From contig JAQWQH010000101.1 of the NCBI GenBank assembly GCA_029244805.1, forward strand, positions 1-49,353: DNA of 49,353 nucleotides. The letters run 5' to 3'. The translations under genes and the position numbers were made by a program. This DNA comes from Flavobacteriales bacterium (GTDB lineage: Bacteria; Bacteroidota; Bacteroidia; Flavobacteriales_D; Parvicellaceae). The notes below the pieces were generated by a model, which was not told the DNA's origin, did not search any database, and saw nothing but the letters and a program-made list of their open reading frames with translations. Below are positions 24,261-34,896 of the stretch, piece after piece; the first letter of the stretch is position 1; each line of letters starts with the position of its first letter.

Positions 24261-27106
24261 GACACGCACTTATAATTCTGTTATTAATATTTCCATGGCA
24301 ATTTAAGGCACAAGATTTTTCCATTACTGATGGAGACATTGCAACTTGTTTAGGAACTTTATTTGACTCTGGAGGGACTGGTGGTACTGGATATTCAAAT
24401 AATGAAAGCTATACGGTTACAATTTGCCCAGACAATGCCAATGATGTGATTACGCTAGATTTCATCAATTTTGCCTTAGACAATACCAACACAGCTATTC
24501 CTCCAGCAAATAATATTGATAATATAATTATCTATGATGGTGATAATACGGGTGCAACAACATTAGGAACATACACAGGCAATCAACTACAAGGAACAAT
24601 TGTCACATGTACATCACTTAACACTACTGGATGTATCACCCTTGTATTTACTTCAAATGATGTTGGAACGGGAGTATTTGCTGCCTCAATTACTTGCGCT
24701 ACGCCTTGTCAAAGACCATTTGCACAAGCAATATCAAATCCAGATACAATTGCTAAAATTTGCATAGGTGAATCTGTTAGCTTTGACGGGTCTTCATCGT
24801 ATGCACAAACTGGATTTAACATTGTGGATTACCATTGGGATTTTGATGACGGCACAATTGATAGTTTAAGCGGCGCAAATACAAGCTACACATTTAATGA
24901 CCCAGGTGTGTTTAATGTACAACTGCGCGTAATTGATGATAATGGATGTATCAACTCTAATTTAACTGATTTAAGTATTTGGGTTGCTCCTCCACCCGTA
25001 TTTAACCCAATAGAATATGACACGAGTATGTGCATAGGAGAAACCGTTACAATGACAGCTCACCCTGAGCAATATTCACAAACATGGACCGCTGTTCCAA
25101 ATGGAAACTTGGGAGGACCTCAATATGTGCCGGATCAAGTAGGACAATGCTTTACGACTACTTTAGATTTCACAGCATTCACTCCTGGCCAAACCCTTGG
25201 AAACATTAATGATTTTCTAGATGTATGTGTAAATTTTGAGCATTCATTTATGGGAGATTTGGTAATTTCATTAACCTGCCCTACAGGGCAAAATGTGGTT
25301 CTGCATCAACAAGGTGGTGGTGGAACAAATCTGGGTGACCCAGACCAGATGGATGGCGCTCAATTTCCTGGTGTAGGATGGGACTATTGTTGGAGTCCAG
25401 CCGCCTCTAATGGGACATGGGTAGACAACTCTACAACTAATACAGTTGTAAACAGTAGTGGATCGACATCTTTAATTCCTGGAACTTATGAAAGTATCAA
25501 TCCAATGAACGCGCTAGTTGGATGTGACCTCAACGGAACATGGGAAATCGAATTTTGCGATTTATGGGGAGCTGATGACGGTTTCGTTTTTAGTTGGGGT
25601 ATTAATTTCGATCCAAGTCTATTTCCTCCTTTAACTTCTTTTACCCCATCAATTGGAACCGATCAAGATTCTTCCAGTTGGAATGGCCCCAATATAATAA
25701 ATACATCTAGCGATGGAAACGAAATTATAGTTGCTCATACTGCTCCGGGGAGCTATGATTATACATTTTCTATTACGAGTGACCATGGATGTGTTTCAGA
25801 TACAACTATTACTCTCGTTGTAGAGCCAGGTCCAGAGGTTTTTGCTGGAAATGACACAAGCGCATGTACAGGTCAACAAGTTCAATTAACGGGAGAAATA
25901 TTAAATACCCCACCCCCTTCTCCTCCTTGTGTATTTACAATAGACATGGTAGACACCTTTGGAGATGGTTGGAATGGAGCATCTATTGATGTAATCATAA
26001 ACGGAGTATTAACAAATTACGGAATGCTCAATGGATCAAATGCAGCTTATACGTTTACCCTTAATGACGGAGATACTTGGAACATAGTATTTAATTCCGG
26101 AACATTTGACAATGAAATTATTTACACTTTTACGGACTGTAATGGAAATCAGATATTCACGGATGGCCCCAATCCACTGGTTGGTGCTGCTTTTACTTCT
26201 ACATATGGTAACCCGGTGAGCTATACGTATGGTTGGGACCCTTCAACAGGTTTAACGGATGCCACTATTATTGACCCTATATCATCTATTAGCGGACAAA
26301 CCACATACGTTTTGAGTATTTACCCAACTGGACATCCTCTTTGCGTGACGACAGATACAGTTACAGTTAATATAAACGATCCTTCTGCGGGACAAGACTC
26401 AACTGCAAAAGTTTGCCAATCTGGCACTGGACTATACCTTTATGATTATCTAGGTGACTCTTTAGATATTGGAGGAACTTGGTACAATGGTTCAACAATC
26501 ATCACAGATATTGTAGACCCATCTAATTTGGTTGCTGACACATTCCAATATATCATCGGAAACCAAGGCTGCATGGATACTGCAACGGTTATAATATATG
26601 CTTCTATTCCTGTTCCTATCTCATCAAACGACACATCCATAACGGTAGATCAACAAATTCCACTTTGGACTTCGGGAGGAGAATCTTATATATGGACTCC
26701 TAGTATTTATTTGGACAGCACATTTTCCAGCTCCGTAATATCTACTCCTGGAGAAGATATTACTTATTATATAGAGGTTTTTGATTCTCTTGGTTGTAAG
26801 GCTATTGACTCAATAAGTATCACCGTAGAGTACAACCCTTTATTCATTCCAAATGGATTTTCACCTAATAATGACAACAACAATGATGTGTTGTATGTTC
26901 GAGGGGGAGGAGTTTCACTAATTCATTTTATGGTTTTTGACAAATGGGGAAATTTGGTCTTTGAATCATACGATATGGATAACGGATGGGATGGAACCTA
27001 TAAAGGGAAGCATCTGAATACGGGCGTTTATGTATATCGGATGGATGCAACCTTAAAAAATGGCCAGCCCATTTTTCAAAGTGGAAATGTCACATTGTTT
27101 AGATAG
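24257..27106 (+). CDS. large multidomain T9SS type-B cargo protein (CUB-like, PKD, proprotein-convertase P-domain-like, GDGW module, variant type-B CTD)
   Basis: - Signal peptide.
- Residues 19-150 are CUB-like (C..G.L.DSGG...Y.NN..Y...ICP....I.L.F..F.L......D.I.IYDG......LG.Y.G.....V.S....L.LVF.S....G.GF.A.I.C).
- PKD (HWDFDDGT...VQLRVIDDNGC).
- P-domain-like (FEHSFMGDLVISLTCPTGQNVVLH...LNGTWEIEFCDLWGADDGFVFSWGINF).
- CTD PLFIPNGFSPNNDNNNDVLYVRG...GNVTLFR. Confidence 0.8.
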   Translation: MRHALIILLLIFPWQFKAQDFSITDGDIATCLGTLFDSGGTGGTGYSNNESYTVTICPDNANDVITLDFINFALDNTNTAIPPANNIDNIIIYDGDNTGATTLGTYTGNQLQGTIVTCTSLNTTGCITLVFTSNDVGTGVFAASITCATPCQRPFAQAISNPDTIAKICIGESVSFDGSSSYAQTGFNIVDYHWDFDDGTIDSLSGANTSYTFNDPGVFNVQLRVIDDNGCINSNLTDLSIWVAPPPVFNPIEYDTSMCIGETVTMTAHPEQYSQTWTAVPNGNLGGPQYVPDQVGQCFTTTLDFTAFTPGQTLGNINDFLDVCVNFEHSFMGDLVISLTCPTGQNVVLHQQGGGGTNLGDPDQMDGAQFPGVGWDYCWSPAASNGTWVDNSTTNTVVNSSGSTSLIPGTYESINPMNALVGCDLNGTWEIEFCDLWGADDGFVFSWGINFDPSLFPPLTSFTPSIGTDQDSSSWNGPNIINTSSDGNEIIVAHTAPGSYDYTFSITSDHGCVSDTTITLVVEPGPEVFAGNDTSACTGQQVQLTGEILNTPPPSPPCVFTIDMVDTFGDGWNGASIDVIINGVLTNYGMLNGSNAAYTFTLNDGDTWNIVFNSGTFDNEIIYTFTDCNGNQIFTDGPNPLVGAAFTSTYGNPVSYTYGWDPSTGLTDATIIDPISSISGQTTYVLSIYPTGHPLCVTTDTVTVNINDPSAGQDSTAKVCQSGTGLYLYDYLGDSLDIGGTWYNGSTIITDIVDPSNLVADTFQYIIGNQGCMDTATVIIYASIPVPISSNDTSITVDQQIPLWTSGGESYIWTPSIYLDSTFSSSVISTPGEDITYYIEVFDSLGCKAIDSISITVEYNPLFIPNGFSPNNDNNNDVLYVRGGGVSLIHFMVFDKWGNLVFESYDMDNGWDGTYKGKHLNTGVYVYRMDATLKNGQPIFQSGNVTLFR
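24311..26605 (+). repeat. about 765-codon N-terminal block paralogous to 27406-29703
   Basis: Residues 19-783 of the 949-aa protein align nearly collinearly with ORF-track residues 38-803 of the next protein. Identity is roughly three-quarters by eye over the first ~130 residues, and I saw only small indels. DNA similarity is clearly visible. Confidence 0.8.
26606..27103 (+). repeat. C-terminal 166-codon module shared with 22267-22764
   Basis: See the 22267-22764 entry. Both copies end in identical acattgtttagatag. Confidence 0.8.
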
Positions 27107-27348
27107 AGTTCTTAAAGTAGAACACCATCCACACCAGTTATTTTGTGCTACTTTTGTCAACCGGCAATCAAATCATTAAGTGTATTATTGGAATCCTATG
27201 TAATTTCAAAAAACAAACTAAACACTCTATATCAACAAATTAGAATAAATTAACTTAATTTCAACCCTTAAATTAAGATTTATGGTAAGTAATATTGAAG
27301 CAACTCTTGCAAAATTTAGTGGTTTGTTTTAAATCAATTACGAGAAAG

Positions 27349-30300
27349 ATGAAACATATATCTATCCTATTCATATTATTTATTCTGCCAGCTTATTTAT
27401 TGGCTCAAGATTTTTCCATTGCTGACGGAAACATTTCAACCTGCTCAGGAACACTTTTTGACACTGGTGGGCAAGGCGGAAATGGATATGGAAACAACGA
27501 ATCTTTCACCATAACTATTTGCCCTGATAATGCTAATGATATTATTACATTGGACTTTTTAAATTTTGCTCTTGACAATACAAACACGGCAAATCCCGGA
27601 AACAACATTGACAACATAACTATTTATGATGGTGACAACATTACTGCTTCAACCCTAGGAACATATAGTAATGGCCAACTTCAAGGAACTGTAGTTACTT
27701 GCACATCACTTAACACTTCTGGATGTTTGACTCTTGTATTCACTTCAAATGATATTGGAACAGGAACTTTTGCAGCTGCAATAACTTGTTCTACCCCATG
27801 CCAAAGACCCGTGGCTCTGGCGTCAACATTTCCTGATACAATTGCACGAATATGTAAAGGAGAATCAGTAAGCTTTGATGGATCAGCCTCTTTTGCCCAA
27901 GGTACATTTAACATTGTTGATTACCATTGGGATTTTGACGACGGTACCATTGATAGCACTAGTGGAGCCAATGCAAACTATGTTTTTAATGATGAAGGGG
28001 CTTACGTTGTTCAATTATATGTAATTGATGACAATGGTTGTATAAATTCTAACTTAACAAGCTTAAATGTGTGGGTTGCCCCGGATCCAATATTTAACCC
28101 TATGGAGTTTGACACTACTATTTGCCTTGGAGAAACTGCAGTAATGACAGCTCATCCAGAGCAATACGCTCAGACTTGGGCAGCGGTTCCTGATGGTAAT
28201 TTAGGTGGACCTCAATATGTCCCCGATCAAGTTGGACAGTGCTTTTCTACCGGGCTTACATTTGAAGCTTTTAATCCAGGACAAACCTTAACTAACATAA
28301 ATGACTTATTGGATATTTGTATAAACTTTGAGCATTCATTCATGGGAGACTTAGTTATATCGCTATACTGTCCCTCAGGACAGAGTGTAATTTTACATCA
28401 ACAAAACGGTGGAGGAACCAACCTAGGAGATCCAAATCAAATTGATGACCCTAATTTAGCCGGAACGGGATGGGATTATTGTTGGAGCCCAACTGCAACT
28501 AATGGCACCTGGGAAGATAATGCTACAACAAATACCGTTGTAAATAGCAGTAGTTCAAATTCATTAATAGCCGGAACTTATGAAAGTTTAAACCCAATGA
28601 ATTCATTAGTTGGATGTGACTTGAACGGAACTTGGGAAATTGAATTTTGCGACTTATGGGGTGCAGATGATGGATTTGTATTTAGTTGGGGAATTAATTT
28701 AGACCCCAGTTTATTTCCCCCTCTAACATCATTCACTCCTGAAATCGGAATTCAGTCCGATTCATCATTTTGGTCAGGACCTAATATTACCAATACATCC
28801 GGTGATGGAAATGAAATCACAATTACGCCATTAGCAATTGGTTCCTATGATTATACTTACACTGTAATAGATGAGCACGGATGCTCTAATGACACCTCAA
28901 TTACTTTGGTGATAGAACCAACCCCAGTAGCTGATGCAGGACCTGACTCTACTGTTTGCAATGGGGCAACCATTCAATTGCAAGGAGGAGTAGCAAATAC
29001 GCCTCCACCCCTCCCCGCATGCGACTTTACGATAGACCTCGAAGACACATTTGGAGATGGATGGAATGGAGCATCCATAGATTTAATTATAAACGGTGTT
29101 TCAACAAACTATGGAATGACGGCTGGAACAAATGCATCATATACATTTACTCTGAATGATGGAGATTCTTGGGAAGTCATATTTAATTCTGGAACATATG
29201 ACAGTGAAGTAATTTATACCTTTACAGACTGTAACGGGAATCAAATATTCTCAGATGGTCCAAACCCTACAATTGGATCTGCTTTTACATCTATTTATGG
29301 GAATACAACATCTTACACGTACTCGTGGAGTCCCACAACTGGTTTAACAAACCCAAACATTGCTGAACCGGAAGCGACAATTAGCGGACAAATGACTTAT
29401 ACATTAACTGTATTTCCTACTGGACATCCATTGTGTTTTTCTGTTGACCAAGTTACAATTAATGTTAGCAACTCAAATTCGGCTGGTACTGATGCAGCTG
29501 CAGTATATTGCTCAACGAACCCTGTTGTAGACATGTTTACTTTATTAGGAGGAAACCCTGATATTGGCGGTACTTGGTTAGATGGGAACTTACTAGCCGC
29601 ATCTAATATATATAATCCAGCTTCAAACATTACCGACATTTATGCCTATGTTGTTGGAACTTCAGGTTGTTCTGACACTGCATTCATTGATATTTCTGTG
29701 GGAGCACCATTTGGATTGAGCGTTCCTAACGACACTATTATCTGTGAAAACGGCCAGTTAAATTTATTTGTTAACGCAACTGGTGGTTTTGGACCTCCCT
29801 ACGATGAAACATGGTCTCAAGGACTTACAGGGAATGGACCTTTTACTTTTACCCCAGCTATTTCAGCATGTTATGATGTGTTCGTAACGGATGCAAATGG
29901 CTGTTCATCACCTATTGAAACAATTTGTGTTAATATAAACCCTCCAATTATAGTAACCGCTAGCGGAATAGACTCTATTTGTTCTGGTGACCAGAATCTA
30001 TTGGAAAGTTCTGCTATAGGTGGAAATAGTGGACCTTACAATTATTCTTGGAGTACCCAAGGGACAGCATTAGGAACGACAGAAGATATAACAGTGTCTC
30101 CGATAGTACAAACTGAATACTGTGTTACCATAAGTGACAATTGCGAAACAACTCCTGTAACAGAATGCGTTACCATAAATATGTATCCTCAACCCATTCC
30201 TTTGTTTACGAGTGACATTAATGACGGCTGCTATCCAATTGATGTTACTTTCACCAATAATACCGACATTGGATCTATAGGTTCTGTTTCTTGGGATTTT

Positions 30301-30990
30301 GGAAATGGAAACACATCTTCTCAAACGACAGCAGTACAATCCACATTCAACCAACCAATTTGCTACGATGTTTCACTTACAGTTACTTCACCGCAGGGAT
30401 GCTCTCAATCTGAAATAAATACTGCAATGATTTGTCCATTTGATTATCCAACCGCAGATTTCCAATTGAGTCCAAATCCAACAAACATATTTGATACAGA
30501 TATTTATTTCACCAATATGTCTTCTGAAGATGTAAATAATTGGCAATGGGATTTTGGAAGTGAAACATCCCCAACTTCCTCAATGACTGAAAACCCTACA
30601 GCTATATTTCCTCCGAATGAACCAGAGACGTATCCAATATCTTTAATTGTAACAAATGCTGATGGATGCACAGACACGACTCAAAACACGCTAATCGTAA
30701 ACAGTATTTTTACTTTGTACATACCAAATGCTTTCACTCCTGATGGAGATGGTTTAAATGATGAATTTTATGTTCAAGGAGCTGCTGTATCTATGGATAA
30801 TTTCTCTCTAATGATATTTAACAGATGGGGAGAATTAATTTTTGAAACAACTGATTTAACTGCAAAGTGGGACGGTAATATTAAAGACAAACCTTTACCA
30901 ATAGGTAGCTATGCATGGAAAGTTAACGCAAAAGATATTTACACTGGTCAGCAGCATGAATATTACGGACATGTATTAATTATCCGATAA
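27349..30990 (+). CDS. large multidomain T9SS type-B cargo protein, paralog of 24257-27106 with extra Ig-like repeats, two more PKD domains and a canonical type-B CTD
   Basis: The ORF-track start at 27295 is a TTG. The ATG at 27349 gives MKHISILFILFILPAYLLAQ (signal peptide). It has the same CUB-like, PKD, P-domain-like and GDGW order. Next come GGxxPYxxxWS repeats (GGFGPPYDETWS, GGNSGPYNYSWS) and PKD units (SWDFGNGN, WQWDFGSE). The CTD reads LYIPNAFTPDGDGLNDEFYVQG...GHVLIIR. Confidence 0.8.
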   Translation: MKHISILFILFILPAYLLAQDFSIADGNISTCSGTLFDTGGQGGNGYGNNESFTITICPDNANDIITLDFLNFALDNTNTANPGNNIDNITIYDGDNITASTLGTYSNGQLQGTVVTCTSLNTSGCLTLVFTSNDIGTGTFAAAITCSTPCQRPVALASTFPDTIARICKGESVSFDGSASFAQGTFNIVDYHWDFDDGTIDSTSGANANYVFNDEGAYVVQLYVIDDNGCINSNLTSLNVWVAPDPIFNPMEFDTTICLGETAVMTAHPEQYAQTWAAVPDGNLGGPQYVPDQVGQCFSTGLTFEAFNPGQTLTNINDLLDICINFEHSFMGDLVISLYCPSGQSVILHQQNGGGTNLGDPNQIDDPNLAGTGWDYCWSPTATNGTWEDNATTNTVVNSSSSNSLIAGTYESLNPMNSLVGCDLNGTWEIEFCDLWGADDGFVFSWGINLDPSLFPPLTSFTPEIGIQSDSSFWSGPNITNTSGDGNEITITPLAIGSYDYTYTVIDEHGCSNDTSITLVIEPTPVADAGPDSTVCNGATIQLQGGVANTPPPLPACDFTIDLEDTFGDGWNGASIDLIINGVSTNYGMTAGTNASYTFTLNDGDSWEVIFNSGTYDSEVIYTFTDCNGNQIFSDGPNPTIGSAFTSIYGNTTSYTYSWSPTTGLTNPNIAEPEATISGQMTYTLTVFPTGHPLCFSVDQVTINVSNSNSAGTDAAAVYCSTNPVVDMFTLLGGNPDIGGTWLDGNLLAASNIYNPASNITDIYAYVVGTSGCSDTAFIDISVGAPFGLSVPNDTIICENGQLNLFVNATGGFGPPYDETWSQGLTGNGPFTFTPAISACYDVFVTDANGCSSPIETICVNINPPIIVTASGIDSICSGDQNLLESSAIGGNSGPYNYSWSTQGTALGTTEDITVSPIVQTEYCVTISDNCETTPVTECVTINMYPQPIPLFTSDINDGCYPIDVTFTNNTDIGSIGSVSWDFGNGNTSSQTTAVQSTFNQPICYDVSLTVTSPQGCSQSEINTAMICPFDYPTADFQLSPNPTNIFDTDIYFTNMSSEDVNNWQWDFGSETSPTSSMTENPTAIFPPNEPETYPISLIVTNADGCTDTTQNTLIVNSIFTLYIPNAFTPDGDGLNDEFYVQGAAVSMDNFSLMIFNRWGELIFETTDLTAKWDGNIKDKPLPIGSYAWKVNAKDIYTGQQHEYYGHVLIIR
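27406..29703 (+). repeat. N-terminal block paralogous to 24311-26605
   Basis: See the 24311-26605 entry. Confidence 0.8.
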
Positions 30991-31005
30991 AGATAATTTC
31001 AATAA

Positions 31006-31036
31006 AAAAGGGATAATTCACTGAATCACCCCTTTT
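31006..31036. terminator. bidirectional terminator between the convergent 1213-aa cargo gene and gyrB
   Basis: aaaaggg / ccctttt outer stem plus attc/gaat inner stem, separated by a 3x3 internal loop. A and T tracts lie on both sides. Confidence 0.6.
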
Positions 31037-31055
31037 AAATTACTTATTCTAAAAT

Positions 31056-33044
<1,989 letters not shown>

Positions 33045-33177
33045 TCACGCACTTTAAAACACATTATTCCTTGGCCATTATAAACTACTTATTAACATTT
33101 AAGGAGGTTATACACGACCCAAATCGAATAGCTACACTTCACAGCTTTTTTTCAAATAAAATAGACTGCGAAACTAT

Positions 33178-34896
33178 CTAAAATGCCAAAGTAATCCCTC
33201 CTAACAAGTTAAACCCTTGAACAGGGTAAGCTGTCCACTGATAGTACTTTTTCCCAGCAAAATTGTTGAAATTGATAAATGCTGATAACTTTTTATTGTA
33301 CCTGTATTCAAAACCTAGATTAGCATCTACAAATGGTTTTAGATTGTAAATATATTTACCATTTTCTTCTGGCTCCACCCCTTCAATTACATTAAAACTA
33401 TATGTTTGTCGGTTACCAACCACAAATATATTTGCACGAACCAATATCTTATCAACCAAATCATACGTTCCTGAAAGCGTTAATTTAAAATCGGGTCTAT
33501 GCCAAACAAAATCTGAACCATAGACGAAGTACTCTCCTTTACCATATAACTTTAATTTTTCTAGTTTCTGGTATGCCAATTGACCACTAATTGTTGTTCT
33601 TGATAAGGTATCGTATAATACTGTAAACTTATTACCATAAGAATAAGTAGAGTCTATTCCAAAAATTGGCAAACCTTCTATTTCTTCATGTCCTATTGCT
33701 AAATTAAATGATATTTTTGAGCTAACTGAACCGCGGATACCTCCATAAATCTTTAGCTTTTGATTGGTGTTTTGAATAGAAGCATTTTCAAGAATAAACG
33801 AATTCTCTAATCGCATAGAATTAAAAGTGTTTCTCTTAATACCTCCGGTCATTCCAATATACGGAATAAAAATATCATTAAATAAGCTGTAATTACCCTC
33901 TAAACAAGGGTAAAAGTGAAACTTAGCAACAGTCCCAATATTTGCATAAATACCTAAGCCCGCTTTTACAGACCAATTATTGCCTCTGGAGAAAATATAA
34001 GGAGTTAGCCTAAAAATAGTATTATTTGTATTTATTGATAAAAGAGAATCTCCAATTGAATCCGAAATCATTAGAGGAATATTTTGTTCCAATCCATTAA
34101 AATCTAACATCACTTCAGCCCCGATTTCCTCTTTGTCCATATATTTAAACAGATTTGCTCCTATCTTAAAATTATGCTCGTTGGTTTTTGCTAAACCATT
34201 TAAAAAACTATAATCTAGGCTAATGTGATGATTCAGCTTAGCACTATCCTTTAACATACTTTTAAGCTCCGTATGAAGCGACAATAAATCATAGACCTGC
34301 TTTATCGTATCTGCAGTTTCTCTATATACCGATGGAATTAAAGTATTCGTAGCATCAAACCCATAATAATGAAAACTATTCCTATCATAATTTAAAGATG
34401 CTTCTAAAGTGCGTTCCTTATAAAAGTGTTTGTAATATCCTCCTAAATGATTATCATTAAATTTGTTGACACCAAGATCTTTTATATTTCCTAGAGAACT
34501 ATGATGAAGCATATCAACACCCCATGCTCTTTTTTTAGAACGCGTAGAATTATAATATCCTTCTAAATAAGTAGTGGTGTACATACCTATTGCTGCTTTG
34601 ACGTATCCTGAATATAATTTATCTAAAGGCTCAATAATTTTTAATCTTGCCGGCTTAATTTGTTGCACCTCAAATGATACATTGTGCTGAATAGGTTCCA
34701 GGTAATACTGAAGCTTCGGAATCTCCATTACTGAATCTTTCGATTGCGGCATCGTACTCATCTTTTTGGACTTCACAGTTGTACGTGCAGCTGAGTCGGT
34801 ACCACTGTAAACATCAGAATCTCCGTCTTGAGAAACTCCTTCTTTTATACCAATTGAGAAAAGTACAACGAATATTATACATGCTATTTTCATCAT
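33178..34896 (-). CDS. putative outer-membrane beta-barrel protein (Bacteroidota 'putative porin'-like)
   Basis: Signal peptide, long stretches of alternating hydrophobic/polar residues rich in Y/G/N, and a C-terminal ...GGITLAF ending in Phe. Its ATG abuts the stop of the upstream TPR gene (TAGATG). Confidence 0.55.
   Translation of the reverse strand: MMKIACIIFVVLFSIGIKEGVSQDGDSDVYSGTDSAARTTVKSKKMSTMPQSKDSVMEIPKLQYYLEPIQHNVSFEVQQIKPARLKIIEPLDKLYSGYVKAAIGMYTTTYLEGYYNSTRSKKRAWGVDMLHHSSLGNIKDLGVNKFNDNHLGGYYKHFYKERTLEASLNYDRNSFHYYGFDATNTLIPSVYRETADTIKQVYDLLSLHTELKSMLKDSAKLNHHISLDYSFLNGLAKTNEHNFKIGANLFKYMDKEEIGAEVMLDFNGLEQNIPLMISDSIGDSLLSINTNNTIFRLTPYIFSRGNNWSVKAGLGIYANIGTVAKFHFYPCLEGNYSLFNDIFIPYIGMTGGIKRNTFNSMRLENSFILENASIQNTNQKLKIYGGIRGSVSSKISFNLAIGHEEIEGLPIFGIDSTYSYGNKFTVLYDTLSRTTISGQLAYQKLEKLKLYGKGEYFVYGSDFVWHRPDFKLTLSGTYDLVDKILVRANIFVVGNRQTYSFNVIEGVEPEENGKYIYNLKPFVDANLGFEYRYNKKLSAFINFNNFAGKKYYQWTAYPVQGFNLLGGITLAF

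Noticed and set aside
27108-27123. The hairpin gttct-taaagt-agaac just after the 949-aa gene stop, considered as a terminator.
   Set aside because: The stem is only 5 bp and no T tract follows. That is insufficient support.
27300-27324. A GCAAC half-site 45 nt upstream of the ATG of the 1213-aa paralog, considered as a third ECF-type promoter.
   Set aside because: At N16 the downstream element is GGTT, not CGTC. A similar isolated GCAAC at 16357-16361 is followed by ATGA. A single 5-mer is not informative.
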